Shown: piece after piece, positions 8,938-19,802 of the stretch
Position numbering within the stretch: the stretch's first letter is position 1
How the letters are laid out: the number at the start of each line of letters is the position of its first letter
Assembly (NCBI GenBank): GCA_965277715.1
Contig: OZ255836.1
Coordinates: forward strand, 1,344,001-1,408,000
Direction: 5' to 3'
Length of the DNA stretch: 64,000 bases
Source: Gammaproteobacteria bacterium
Lineage (GTDB): Bacteria; Pseudomonadota; Gammaproteobacteria; JBCCGL01
Position numbers and translations under genes: made by a program
Notes under the pieces: model-generated
Database searches by the model: none
The model's input: only the letters and a program-made list of their open reading frames with translations
Told to the model about the DNA's origin: nothing

Positions 8938-11802
8938 TCAATGGGCAATACGCCGCCAGCCATCGCCGTCGTCGACCAGTTCAAATGTAGGCCAGAAATT
9001 ATACGAGGGACGCACACTGACCAAGTCCCGACTGCCGTTGAGGCTAAGCAGGGTTAATCGCGTATCTTCACCTTGTTTTTTCTGTGACACATAGGCCAGA
9101 AAACTGTCGAGGTCGCTGACTGCTTTGCCATCCACCGCCGTAATCAGCCGGTTCCGGTATAGACCATCACGGTTTGCCGGTGATCCAGGCATAGTGCCTG
9201 AAACATACACGCCCCGTGCCGGTAAACCGCGCTGTAACGCCACCTCACGGTGTGGCTGTTGTAAATAGGCGCCGGCCCAGTTAAGCACCCGTCGTGTCCC
9301 TTTGTGATCGGCTACATTGGTGTCAACGTCCACCGTGTGTACCTGCCCGTCACGCAGTAGGGTCATCTGCACACGCGCCATTTGTATGCGCTTTTCAACA
9401 TCACGTAAACCGACAACGGGCTGCTCATTAATTGCCAGCAGTAAATCACCAACCTGCAACGTATCACTAGCCGCTTGGCGTCCGTCAACCGAAGGTGGAA
9501 GCTTAGACACCTGGCGCACCGCGAGTACGCGCCGCCCCGCAAGCGAATGCTCACCTTGTAAAGCAATACGCTGCAGCCATTCATTGGGCAGACCAAGTTG
9601 CCTGGCAGTGGCCATCGGCACATAACTAAGTGAGGCACCCAGTAAATGCAGTAATCGCTCACTACGGTAAAGTTGCAGCGCCTCTTCAATCACCTCTGCC
9701 GGTAGCGCCCACTCCCCCTCATTGATGTTTTCACGCCCAGGATAGGCAAAACTCGACCACAATGAATAAATATTACCCGCCTCGTCGCTAATGGCCCCCC
9801 CAACCATACGGGGCATATTGGGCACGCTAAACACATCGATCGATGATTGTTGATAACGCGGTAAACTTGGAAAATCAAAATCCAGAGTCTGCGTCGTCAC
9901 GTTATCAATATCCTGTTGCCACAATAAACCATTGGGCTTAAAACCAACCACCGAAAACGTATGGTCTTCGGCGCGTAGGTCGCCGTCGGCCAGTATCAAC
10001 GATGTAGGCTTGATACCGCCCAGTTGTTTCGGGTCATACGCCAGCAACGCAACATTGTGCAATGGGTGTACAAATACAACACGCGCCGGTATTTCCAGTG
10101 ATTCAAAAAAAACCAAACGTGCATCACCAAGGGTAATCGGTGCCGTATTACGATCGACAGCAACCAACCCCGCTTCAGCATCGACAACCAGCCCGGCGCC
10201 ACTAAAATGCCGCGCATACACATTGTCCAGAGGGTGGGGAATATCAAAGCTGACAATAACCAGTGCCGGGGCAATTTTTTGGCTCAGTAATTGACTGTAT
10301 TGCGGTGTATTTAACGGCGCGTCGGGTGCCACTTTTTCATCTGACTGGACTGCCGGTATCGCCTCACAAGGCCATTGTGGATAATCGTCACGGCGGGTGC
10401 AGCGCCGCGCTTCAAACCAGCGCCGGTCAACCAGTACCCGCGACAGGGATTGAGTGAATTCACGGCCGGCGAGAAAATAGCGCACAAACCATTCATCCCC
10501 ATCTGCACTCACACGCAACACACGGGTGAAATCCTGGATATTATCAATACGGCTACCGTTAATCTCGGTGATAACCGCCCCCGATGGCATACCTGCACGG
10601 GCAAACATATAACCACGTTTGGCAAGCAGTACACCGCGTTGCGGTTTGTTCATTGCCCGCGAAGCCTGTAAGGTCATATCGTGCAACACCGCCCCACCCA
10701 CTTCAACCAAAGTGCCCGGCTGCAATGCATGAAAATCAGCCACCTCAACGGCAAACAATTGGCTTTGTTGCTGTCGTTGTATTTTGATATCGACCATTTG
10801 CCCTACCCGGCTATCGAGTAGCGCTTCCAACGTGACAAAATCCGTAATGCGCTGACCGTCAATGGACAACAATATATCGCCTTCAACCAGCCGACCCTCG
10901 GCGACACCGGCAGTAATAACCTGCCCCACAACCAACATCCCTTTTATATTTGGGTAAGCGGCACGCACAGCGTTTTCCTCTACACGGCTCAAGCCAATGC
11001 GCCGCAAACTGCGAAAGGGTTTATGTTCAAAAATGGTTTGCAGCGTACCACGCGTAATCGGCCTATCTTCACGCAACAAATCCAGCGCGCGCACAATGCG
11101 GTCGAGCGGCAGAAAAAAACTGCTCGCGGTTTTAGTGTTGGCCGCCGCATTCAGCGCGACAACATCGCCATCGATATCAATCACCGGTGACCCGGATGAT
11201 CCCCCTGAAGTGGACGACGCCGCCTGTAAATAAAAAGTATTGAAGTCGTTATAACCATAACGTCCATAATTGGGCACCGGGCGATCGAGCCGCGCAATAG
11301 TCCCTGCCAGTATGGACAATTGTTCGCCACCATCGCTACCAACCACGCGAATATCCAACCCAGTTGTCGCTTTGTCAGGTCGAAGAGGTAGCGCCTGGGG
11401 TTGTATAAACTCCAATGCGTCCGGGTCGTAACGAAAAAAACCAAAGTCGTGCACCGTATCCCGGTACAGCGGCACTATCGTCAGCCGTTCCTGATTTTGA
11501 AAAGTGGCAGTGGCCATAAGCGGCCCAGACCCCACCACGTGACGATTGGTGAGGATGATGCCGTTCTCTGCATCGACGATAAACCCCGTCGCTGTGCTGA
11601 TACCCTGTTCAGAAAAATCGAACGACCGCACCCTGGCTATTTCCAGCGCAACGACTGAATTAGCAATACGCGTTAAGGTTTCTGACCATCGATTCTGCGT
11701 ATTATTTTCTGTATCGGCATAAGCACTTAGCGACAACCCTGCCAAACAACACACGCCTAACAAAACCTGTAAAAACCGATTCAAAACCACTTTAGCTATC
11801 AC
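8938..11802 (-). CDS. Secreted HtrA-family serine protease of Nma111/DEG7 architecture (protease-PDZ-PDZ-degenerate protease-PDZ-PDZ)
   Basis: Signal peptide; TNRHVV, VHDFGF, GGSSGSPV catalytic triad; second degenerate trypsin domain; four PDZ-like segments. Confidence 0.85.
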   Translation of the reverse strand: MIAKVVLNRFLQVLLGVCCLAGLSLSAYADTENNTQNRWSETLTRIANSVVALEIARVRSFDFSEQGISTATGFIVDAENGIILTNRHVVGSGPLMATATFQNQERLTIVPLYRDTVHDFGFFRYDPDALEFIQPQALPLRPDKATTGLDIRVVGSDGGEQLSILAGTIARLDRPVPNYGRYGYNDFNTFYLQAASSTSGGSSGSPVIDIDGDVVALNAAANTKTASSFFLPLDRIVRALDLLREDRPITRGTLQTIFEHKPFRSLRRIGLSRVEENAVRAAYPNIKGMLVVGQVITAGVAEGRLVEGDILLSIDGQRITDFVTLEALLDSRVGQMVDIKIQRQQQSQLFAVEVADFHALQPGTLVEVGGAVLHDMTLQASRAMNKPQRGVLLAKRGYMFARAGMPSGAVITEINGSRIDNIQDFTRVLRVSADGDEWFVRYFLAGREFTQSLSRVLVDRRWFEARRCTRRDDYPQWPCEAIPAVQSDEKVAPDAPLNTPQYSQLLSQKIAPALVIVSFDIPHPLDNVYARHFSGAGLVVDAEAGLVAVDRNTAPITLGDARLVFFESLEIPARVVFVHPLHNVALLAYDPKQLGGIKPTSLILADGDLRAEDHTFSVVGFKPNGLLWQQDIDNVTTQTLDFDFPSLPRYQQSSIDVFSVPNMPRMVGGAISDEAGNIYSLWSSFAYPGRENINEGEWALPAEVIEEALQLYRSERLLHLLGASLSYVPMATARQLGLPNEWLQRIALQGEHSLAGRRVLAVRQVSKLPPSVDGRQAASDTLQVGDLLLAINEQPVVGLRDVEKRIQMARVQMTLLRDGQVHTVDVDTNVADHKGTRRVLNWAGAYLQQPHREVALQRGLPARGVYVSGTMPGSPANRDGLYRNRLITAVDGKAVSDLDSFLAYVSQKKQGEDTRLTLLSLNGSRDLVSVRPSYNFWPTFELVDDGDGWRRIAH

Positions 11803-11955
11803 TTAATTTATGAACCTGAAAAAATAGTGGTACAGTTTACACACTATCCACGCTATCTGTGTATCGACAAGCACATCAACCGGGACATACCCACTATTGA
11901 AATAATGTCCACACAGTGCTGCAATGCACACTTACTCAAGCATACGGAAAATATT

Positions 11956-13272
11956 TTGCCACTGAAACAAGACAACACAGCAGTCGAATGGTTTCGCCAG
12001 GCTTCACCGTACATCAATGCATACCGTGGCGCCGTATTCGTTATTGGGTTTGGTGGCGAGGCGTTACTCTCAGCCAATTTTGCCAACTTGATTCACGATA
12101 TTGCGCTGCTCAATCACCTCGGTATCCGTTTGGTGCTGGTTCCCGGTATTCGCGCACAAATCGATTCCCGTTTACAGGCACGCGGTATCGAAACCCGCTA
12201 CCAAAATGGCCTGCGTGTGACTGACGAAAAAACACTGCCCATTGTTAAGGAGGCAGCCGGTGTCGTACGCGTGGAAATCGAGGCGATGCTCTCAATGGGG
12301 TTGGTAAACACCCCTATGTCTGGCGCCCGATTACAGGTGACCTCGGGCAATTTTGTAACCGCACAGCCGCAAGGGGTGCACGACGGGGTTGATTTTTGTC
12401 ATACGGGCGCAATCCGCCGCATCGATACGGGATCGATTCACAGTGCGCTGGAAAAAGGGCAATTGGTGATGCTATCGCCACTGGGTTATTCGAGCAGTGG
12501 TGAAGTGTTTAATTTGCGCACAGAAGATGTGGCAATGCAGGCAGCCATCGACCTACACGCCGACAAACTGATTTACCTGCTCGACCAGCACGGGATTCGC
12601 GATGCACAGAAAAAAATCATACGCCAGCTAAACCCCGCCGCGTGCGATGCCTTGATCGTGCGTCGACGCAAGCTCGATGAGGTCAGTGCCACCTGCCTAC
12701 ACAATGGTGCACGCGCCTGTCGCCACGGCGTTCCCCGCACCCATCTACTCAGCTACCGGGAAGACGGCGCCCTACTGACCGAGCTGTTCACTCTCGACGG
12801 TTGTGGCACCATGATAAACAGTGACAACTACGAGGGACTACGGGACGCCAAAAGTGAAGACACCGCCGCCATCCTCGCATTGATAGAACCGTTACAAACC
12901 GACAAAACACTGGTGCGCCGCTCACGCGAGCAACTGGAGGGGGATATTAATCACTTCAGCGTTATCGAACGCGACGGCATGATTATCGCCTGCGCGGCCC
13001 TATACCATTACGAAGAAAATGTAGCCGAGTTAGCCTGCCTGGTCACCCATCCCCATTACATCAACGAAGGGCGCGCCGAGCTATTGCTCAACGCCTTGGA
13101 GTCCAAGGCGCGTAACAACGGCATCAATCAGTTGTTTGTACTCACCACACGCACTGCCCACTGGTTTCGGGAGCGTGGTTTTCACCCAGGCGACATCAAC
13201 CGACTGCCGGTGAAAAAACGCCAGCTATACAACTATCAACGCAATGCCAAAATTTTTATCAAAGCGCTGTGA
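11956..13272 (+). CDS. argA: Amino-acid N-acetyltransferase (N-acetylglutamate synthase); start estimated (ORF opens at 11827)
   Basis: WFRQASPYI, AAK domain plus C-terminal GNAT (AELACL, LFVLTTRTAHWFRERGF, YNYQRNAK). Confidence 0.95.
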   Translation: MPLKQDNTAVEWFRQASPYINAYRGAVFVIGFGGEALLSANFANLIHDIALLNHLGIRLVLVPGIRAQIDSRLQARGIETRYQNGLRVTDEKTLPIVKEAAGVVRVEIEAMLSMGLVNTPMSGARLQVTSGNFVTAQPQGVHDGVDFCHTGAIRRIDTGSIHSALEKGQLVMLSPLGYSSSGEVFNLRTEDVAMQAAIDLHADKLIYLLDQHGIRDAQKKIIRQLNPAACDALIVRRRKLDEVSATCLHNGARACRHGVPRTHLLSYREDGALLTELFTLDGCGTMINSDNYEGLRDAKSEDTAAILALIEPLQTDKTLVRRSREQLEGDINHFSVIERDGMIIACAALYHYEENVAELACLVTHPHYINEGRAELLLNALESKARNNGINQLFVLTTRTAHWFRERGFHPGDINRLPVKKRQLYNYQRNAKIFIKAL

Positions 13273-13527
13273 TGTGTCATGTTTTAACCTGACGCATTCG
13301 ATTGCCCAGAAAGTGTTTACTGCCCCTCAACCAGCACATTGAGTAAGCCATTACCGCCTTTATCCCAGGTGCTATAGGGGTTTCGCTCGCCAAGCGTAAG
13401 TGTCTTTATCCACTGTATACAGAACCAAGAAAAACACCAAAACATCGCGAGCCAAACCAAGTACCCCATCCATAGAAACAGAAACCAAACAAACCACCCA
13501 ATTCAAAATTGACAACGAACTAACACA

Positions 13528-14112
13528 TCAATTCAAACCACCCACCGTATTACGGATATAAACACTGAGACCTTCCAACCGATCCAACGGATCACCACAC
13601 ACAAACATAGCCTGCCGACGTTGCCCAGGAACCGGCAACAACTCCAGCAAGCGGCTGCCCACCCACAGCGCATCATCAAACTGGGGCGCTGAAAGCTGTT
13701 TATCCCACCTCATCTGTTTAAACACACGCTCCAGCAACCGTCCCAACACGCGGTACTTATCCGGTAGCGGGCATGGATTTTCCGCTGCCAACAACTGCAC
13801 TTCCCCCATCAACAAATCATCTGTCATAACATTCATCGATTGCACAGAAAATTTTTGCTGCCCTTCAACCAATACATTGAGCAAACCATCGCTACCTTTA
13901 TCCCAATCGACAATATGCACCAATGTACCGTTGGGATATGGCATGGCGGCAACGCCCACCTCACTGCCCTCACGAATCTGACATACACCAAAATGACTGG
14001 ATTGCCGAAAACACTCACTCACCATATCCAGATAACGCGGCTCAAAAATACGCAGCGGTAACTGGCCACCCGGCATAAGCAACGAGTGTAAAGGAAATAA
14101 TGGCAACTGCAT
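13528..14112 (-). CDS. LON peptidase substrate-binding domain protein
   Basis: LPLFPL..LMPGGQLPLRIFEPRYLDMV signature. Confidence 0.9.
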   Translation of the reverse strand: MQLPLFPLHSLLMPGGQLPLRIFEPRYLDMVSECFRQSSHFGVCQIREGSEVGVAAMPYPNGTLVHIVDWDKGSDGLLNVLVEGQQKFSVQSMNVMTDDLLMGEVQLLAAENPCPLPDKYRVLGRLLERVFKQMRWDKQLSAPQFDDALWVGSRLLELLPVPGQRRQAMFVCGDPLDRLEGLSVYIRNTVGGLN

Positions 14113-14117
14113 AACGA

Positions 14118-14741
14118 TCAGCCAGGCTGCACACCCCAACGCGGCATTAGCGTTTGCTCAATACCCAGTTGATCGAGCACACGGGCCACCACAAAATCGA
14201 CCAGGTCCCCGACGTTCTGTGGCTGATTATAAAACCCAGGATTAGGCGGCATAATCGTCACACCAAGGCGTGATAGTTTAAGCATATTCTCCAGATGAAT
14301 CGCCGAAAATGGCATCTCACGCGGCATCAAAATAAGCGGCTTGCGCTCTTTGAGCGACACATCTGCCGCCCGCTCAATCAGATTGTCACACGCACCACTC
14401 GCAATCGCCGACAGACTGCCGGTAGTACACGGGCACACCACCATCGCATCGGCCACCCCCGAACCACTGGCTACCGGTGCCGTCCACTGCGATTCACCAA
14501 ACACCTGCAAGCGATGCGTATCAACCTGGTGTTTATCACACAAATACGCCTGAATCTCCGCATTGCGCGCCGGGAGGTTCCAATCTGTTTCCATGCCGGC
14601 AACCACCTGTGCCGCCTTGGAAAACATCAAATAAACATCCCGATTAGCCCGTAACAGGCACTCAAGCAAGCGCATCGAATATTGAATACCCGATGCACCG
14701 GTGACCGCCAGAGCAATTGTTTTGTTATTGTTTTGTGTCAT
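14118..14741 (-). CDS. ubiX: Flavin prenyltransferase UbiX
   Basis: AVTGASG, ASGS, RAADVSLKERKPLILMPREMP, PGFY motifs. Confidence 0.96.
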   Translation of the reverse strand: MTQNNNKTIALAVTGASGIQYSMRLLECLLRANRDVYLMFSKAAQVVAGMETDWNLPARNAEIQAYLCDKHQVDTHRLQVFGESQWTAPVASGSGVADAMVVCPCTTGSLSAIASGACDNLIERAADVSLKERKPLILMPREMPFSAIHLENMLKLSRLGVTIMPPNPGFYNQPQNVGDLVDFVVARVLDQLGIEQTLMPRWGVQPG

Positions 14742-14826
14742 TTAATAAACCATAGCAAACAAACTGCGCGTTCACCTGAACAGTATAAAAAACGCTTTGT
14801 TTGCCCTGAAGGATCAAAGCGAGTAT

Positions 14827-14882
14827 TTAACCCTGAATTAATCAGTTGAATCTACTGCGAATACTTAAAAATCTGCTCATTC
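14827..14882 (+). repeat. Dispersed palindromic repeat/MITE remnant, family A copy 1
   Basis: Core cagttgaatctactgcg (14843-14859) identical to 60273-60289 and to the reverse complement of 35703-35719. Confidence 0.7.
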
Positions 14883-14936
14883 CTGCCAAATACTTTTGCC
14901 TAAAGCACTTGGTAGTCGCTTGCATAAGGACAATAA

Positions 14937-15245
14937 GAAGCTGCCGATGCACTTGACGAGGCAATTCACGGGCGCATCATCGATCAAGACAACATCCCCA
15001 CCCCATCAGAACCAAGAAAAGGCGAAGGCGAACACTTAGTATCCCCACCCATTCTGACTGCGTTAAAGGCAGCCGCTTATATGCAATTTAAACAAGCAGG
15101 CATAACAAAAGTAGCCGCCGGTAAACGAGCAGGCATATCCGAAAGCCATGTTAGACGTATCCTTGACCCTAATTACAACAGTGGGGCAGATAAGTTAAAG
15201 GGCTTTATCCGGGCACTTGGCGGAAATGTACATATTACAGTTGCC
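14937..15245 (+). pseudogene. HicB-family antitoxin fragment lacking N-terminus; no hicA
   Basis: Frame EAADALDEAIHGRIIDQDNIPTPS...KAAAYMQFKQAGITKVAAGKRAGISESHVRRILDP (HicB core + HTH), preceded by in-frame TAA at 14934. Confidence 0.7.
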
Positions 15246-15361
15246 TGGACGCCATGTATTAACCTGCACACAAGTCAATACATGATGTCTGATGCATTAG
15301 CCAATAATTGCTCCAGAAAAAAGCGTTCTGGAACAATTAGCTGCAGGTTAATCCATGGAAT

Positions 15362-16987
15362 TTAGAGCTGTGGGCCAGCGCTCAACAGTGATTTTCCTTC
15401 CTCGGTATCGGTGTATTTTGCAAAGTTTTCGATAAATAACGCGGCGAGGTTCTTCGCTTTACTGTCCCATTGCGCAGTATCTCCATAGGTATCACGCGGA
15501 TCGAGAATACCCGGATCAACGCCGGTCAATGTTGTAGGCACTGTCAGATTAAAATAAGGAATAGTGCGGGTTTCAGCGTTTTCAATTTCGCCACTCAAAA
15601 TTGCATCGATAATGCCACGCGTATCCTGAATCGAAATGCGTTTACCCGAGCCATTCCAGCCTGTGTTCACCAGATACGCCTCCGCACCGACCGCCTCCAT
15701 ACGCTTCACTAACTGCTCGCCGTACCGGGTTGGGTGCAGGCTCAAAAATGCAGCGCCAAAGCAGGCAGAAAATGTCGGTGTCGGCTCGGTAATGCCGCGC
15801 TCAGTGCCCGCTAACTTGGCGGTAAAGCCAGATAAGAAGTGGTACTTGGTTTGTGCCGGTGTCAATTTTGAAACCGGTGGCAACACACCAAACGCATCGG
15901 CAGAAAGAAAAATTACTTTGCTGGCATGTCCTGCTCTGGAGGCGGGTTTAACGATATTTTCAATGTGGTAAATCGGGTAAGAGACACGGGTGTTTTCAGT
16001 TTTGCTGCTATCGGTGTAGTCGATTTTACCATCTTCACTCACACCCACATTTTCCAACAGGGCATCGCGCCGAATGGCATTGTAAATATCTGGTTCAGCA
16101 TCGCTGTTCAGGTTGATGGTTTTGGCGTAACACCCACCTTCAAAATTAAAGATGCCGTCATCATCCCAGCCATGTTCATCATCCCCAATCAATTCGCGCT
16201 TGGGGTCGGTAGACAAAGTAGTTTTACCCGTGCCGGAGAGACCAAAAAAAATCGAAACATCACCGGCCTTGCCAACATTCGCCGAGCAGTGCATCGACGC
16301 CATACCTTTTAGTGGCAACAGGTAATTCATCACCGAGAACATGCCTTTTTTCATCTCACCACCATACCAGGTGCCCGCGATAAGCTGCATACGCTCGGTC
16401 AGGTTGAAAGCGACAAAATTCTCTGAGTTGAACCCTTGTGCCTGCCAATCCGGGTTACTGGTTTTAGCACCGTTTAACACAACAAAATCGGGCTGGTAAT
16501 CCTGCAATTCCTCATCGCTGGGCCGCACAAACATATTTTTGACGAAATGCGCCTGCCAGGCGACTTCGGTGACAAAACGCACACTCAAGCGCGTATCCCG
16601 ATTGGCACCACAAAAGGTGTCAACCACAAACAGGCGTTTTCCCGATAGCTGACGGGTAATTAGCCCTTTAAAATGTGCCCAGTGTTCAGGGGTAATCGGT
16701 TTGTTGTCATTTTTGCCCTGATCAGACCACCAGAATGTGCCACGCGTCGTGTCATCACGCACAATGTACTTATCCTTGGGTGAACGCCCTGTAAACACGC
16801 CGGTATCCACCGCCACTGCCCCCGATTCGCTCACGATGCCGCGCTCAAACCCCTTCAAATCAGGCCGGGTTTCCTCGATAAATAACTGTTCATACGATGG
16901 GTTGTAAATAATTTCACTGGGGTTCGTGATACCCCAAGGACTGAGATCGATCATGGGAGGCTCAGAGGTCGTGGCTGAGAGGGTCAT
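15362..16987 (-). CDS. pckA: Phosphoenolpyruvate carboxykinase (ATP)
   Basis: [43 protein letters not shown]. Confidence 0.98.
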   Translation of the reverse strand: MTLSATTSEPPMIDLSPWGITNPSEIIYNPSYEQLFIEETRPDLKGFERGIVSESGAVAVDTGVFTGRSPKDKYIVRDDTTRGTFWWSDQGKNDNKPITPEHWAHFKGLITRQLSGKRLFVVDTFCGANRDTRLSVRFVTEVAWQAHFVKNMFVRPSDEELQDYQPDFVVLNGAKTSNPDWQAQGFNSENFVAFNLTERMQLIAGTWYGGEMKKGMFSVMNYLLPLKGMASMHCSANVGKAGDVSIFFGLSGTGKTTLSTDPKRELIGDDEHGWDDDGIFNFEGGCYAKTINLNSDAEPDIYNAIRRDALLENVGVSEDGKIDYTDSSKTENTRVSYPIYHIENIVKPASRAGHASKVIFLSADAFGVLPPVSKLTPAQTKYHFLSGFTAKLAGTERGITEPTPTFSACFGAAFLSLHPTRYGEQLVKRMEAVGAEAYLVNTGWNGSGKRISIQDTRGIIDAILSGEIENAETRTIPYFNLTVPTTLTGVDPGILDPRDTYGDTAQWDSKAKNLAALFIENFAKYTDTEEGKSLLSAGPQL

Positions 16988-17055
16988 TGGTTCTCCAAAA
17001 GACTATACAAAAATAGCGAGACCTTAGCGGCAATTGTTTTTATCTTCAACGTTTA

Positions 17056-17071
17056 TTGTAGCGATTAACAA
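17056..17071. promoter_or_regulatory. Possible operator upstream of pckA (TTGT-N8-ACAA dyad, HexR/RpiR-like)
   Basis: ttgtagcgattaacaa about 70 bp upstream of the pckA start; short motif, could be chance. Confidence 0.25.
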
Positions 17072-17246
17072 ATACTAATCATCGTAATGATTCAACTCAC
17101 ACCTGATATGTCCGGTTTCTGTGTTAAGCGTGCTCATTTACACATGTAAACGGCGCGCTCTTGCCTTGAATCCACACAAATCAAGCGCACGCTGAACAAT
17201 TCGACATTGGGTTGAATAATGGGATTACTTTTGTGGCCAAAGCCTA

Positions 17247-19316
17247 TCACGCAGCTAATTCACGCCACGGAGCCACGTCAACCCGCGCATCGTTGTAGCA
17301 CGCACCATCGGCAATATCCGATTTGTGGCCCGCAATCAATGCATTACTGGTCTGCCCTGTACGGCTGGTACGCAGCCAGGCACCCTTCGGTGAACACACA
17401 ACCCCCGGGCAAACAGCATCACTGATTTTTACCCGTAAGTTCACTTCCCCCAAATCATTCCACACACGCACTTCACTGTGGTTAGATAAGTTGCGGCTGG
17501 CGGCATCGACTGGGTGTATCTCAATCCACTCGCTATTGTCACTGTCCGGGGATCCACCAAACGTCGCATTAGTGCGCAAATTAGATGAAGGGGTTATCAG
17601 CATCAACGGAAATGATGAATGATAGCCCCGATAACTTGGCAGCCCCTGCTGATAAGCCGCTTCCAATGCCGCCGAATAAAGCTCCACTTTACCACTGGGA
17701 GTGGCGGGAGACACATTTTCAAACAAGTTGGGAGGGCGGGATTCAATCAGCATGGGTAACACCTGATCACGTGCCAACTGTGTTGGTCTGGTGCCGTTCA
17801 TGCGTTGATCGTCAAGATCAAATGCCTCGTCCATCAAGGTTTCATCGCTGGCCGCAAACAGACTGTCATCAAACCCAAACCGTGCGGCAAGTCGGCGAAA
17901 AATCTCTGTATTAGGCAGGGATTCACCGACCGGCGGAATCACTGGCTCGGCACGCTGTAGATAGCCATGCCCGTAGGCAGCGTATATATCATTGTGTTCA
18001 AAGTGGCTACAGGCAGGCAAAATGACATCGGCATAGGCCAGGCTGTCGGTCATCACGACATCACAGCCAACCGTAAACAACGATTCGCTGGCCAGCGCAC
18101 GGCGCATACGGTGTTGATCCGGGTGTACCGCTAGCGGATTGTGGTTATAGATAAACAAAGCGGCCACCGGAGGGGCAATATCAGCGTTTAAAATGTGCTC
18201 GGGAATATCGAGAATATTCAGCATCCGCGTTGCCTGCGCCATTAGATCCGGGCGTTGCAAACGCGCCGAGTGCGTCGGGAAGGCACTGCTGGCACCAAAA
18301 ACCAGGCCCCCTCCCTTAACACCAAATTTACCCGCCAGTGCAGGCAATGCCGCCGCTGCACGCACACCACTGCCACCATTGCGGTTGCGCTCAACCGCGA
18401 CCCCGACAACCATTGAGGCAGGCGACAATCGATGGTACATCTCAGCGAAATCACGAATGGACTGCTCACTCACCCCGCAAATATCAGCGACCTGTGCCAG
18501 TGAATAACTGTGCGCACGCGCCAGGTAAGCATCCAGCCCCAATAGCCACTGATCGGCAAATGCTGTATCAATTCCCCCCAGCCGCTCCAGCTCAGTGGCA
18601 ATTGCCCAGCCCAACAGCACATCCGTACCCGGCCTGATGGCTAAATGTAAATCAGCCTGCTCAGCCACTTTAATGCGTTTAGGGTCGATGACAACCAGCT
18701 TTGCCCCACACTCGCGTGCCCGTTTTATAGCCCGCTGCATATGCAGGTTAGAGACCGTGATATTGGCACCCCACACCACAATTAAGCGGGAAAATGCCAC
18801 CTCTTCTGGCAACATCCCCGGTACATCACCGTACAAACTGGTAAACGCACAGTCCTGAACACCGGCACACAACGGCCCACGATCAAGCTGCGAGGCACCC
18901 AGCTTGTGAAAGAAGCGCATGTCCATAGAACCACCAGCCAGTTGGCCATGTGGCCCGGAATAATTAAACGGTACAACGGATTCACTCCCGTATTTTTCAA
19001 CAGCAGCGCTGATACCCTCGTGCACCAGATCCAGTGCCTGTGGCCAACTGATCGGCGCAAACTCACCGCTGCCTTTACTGCCCACGCGCCGCATAGGGGT
19101 TTTCAAACGGTATTTTCCGTGTACAAAATCCGGGTAACCTTTAGCTACTTTTGCACAAATAACACCGGCTGTATAAGGGTTGGTGTGTGAGCCACGCACA
19201 TCGATAATAAGGTCATTGCTAACCGTTACCGATAAACTACAGGTATCCGGGCAATCGAGTGGACACACACTCGGTAATACCTGAACATGGTCAGTGTTTC
19301 TATTTTCAATGCCCAT
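17247..19316 (-). CDS. Molybdopterin (DMSO reductase family) oxidoreductase with N-terminal Fe-S cluster
   Basis: CPLDCPDTC...C, RLKTPMRRVG, VVIDP, IRPGTD, ADVILP, IHPVDA; start moved to ATG 19316 (GGAG upstream) because the longer ORF overlaps a Uma2 remnant. Confidence 0.9.
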   Translation of the reverse strand: MGIENRNTDHVQVLPSVCPLDCPDTCSLSVTVSNDLIIDVRGSHTNPYTAGVICAKVAKGYPDFVHGKYRLKTPMRRVGSKGSGEFAPISWPQALDLVHEGISAAVEKYGSESVVPFNYSGPHGQLAGGSMDMRFFHKLGASQLDRGPLCAGVQDCAFTSLYGDVPGMLPEEVAFSRLIVVWGANITVSNLHMQRAIKRARECGAKLVVIDPKRIKVAEQADLHLAIRPGTDVLLGWAIATELERLGGIDTAFADQWLLGLDAYLARAHSYSLAQVADICGVSEQSIRDFAEMYHRLSPASMVVGVAVERNRNGGSGVRAAAALPALAGKFGVKGGGLVFGASSAFPTHSARLQRPDLMAQATRMLNILDIPEHILNADIAPPVAALFIYNHNPLAVHPDQHRMRRALASESLFTVGCDVVMTDSLAYADVILPACSHFEHNDIYAAYGHGYLQRAEPVIPPVGESLPNTEIFRRLAARFGFDDSLFAASDETLMDEAFDLDDQRMNGTRPTQLARDQVLPMLIESRPPNLFENVSPATPSGKVELYSAALEAAYQQGLPSYRGYHSSFPLMLITPSSNLRTNATFGGSPDSDNSEWIEIHPVDAASRNLSNHSEVRVWNDLGEVNLRVKISDAVCPGVVCSPKGAWLRTSRTGQTSNALIAGHKSDIADGACYNDARVDVAPWRELAA

Positions 19317-19362
19317 CACGTCGCTCAATACTCCAGTGGTTGTTTTCAACTTGCCTCTCTTC

Positions 19363-19576
19363 TTACGTATCGTCACTACTCCCATCAGTACAATCAACCA
19401 GAACATCTGGATAGTAATAATTCCCTTCCACTTTTACTTTCATATCAGACGCAAGTGGTTCGCACGGGCTACTGTCAAGATGAATGCTAAATTGCTTCAA
19501 CACATTTCTCATTAACAAGCTCTCCGACCAAGTGCTCCTCTTCGCTAATGCGATCTGCCTTTTTAGCAATCGCCAT
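19363..19576 (-). pseudogene. Uma2 (DUF820) endonuclease-like gene remnant with internal deletion/frameshift
   Basis: MAIAKKADRISEEEHLVGELVNE in one frame, then IHLDSSPCEPLASDMKVKVEGNYYYPDVLVDC* in another. Confidence 0.7.
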
Positions 19577-19802
19577 AAACTTAATTATCCTTATAAAGTG
19601 CAGCCTAAGATACTTTACCACCTCAGAGAGTGTCAGAAAACACTGCAAGTCAAGGCGAGGCAAGTCGAAAACCAGATTGCCCTTCAGCTCCAGTCCAGGA
19701 GCAGTTTACTTAATGTGGCAATTCCGAGGATAATGCTAACGCCAGACCACTCCGATCCCCGGCAAATTTGAACACCAAATAAGGCAACCATTAGCTCCCC
19801 AA

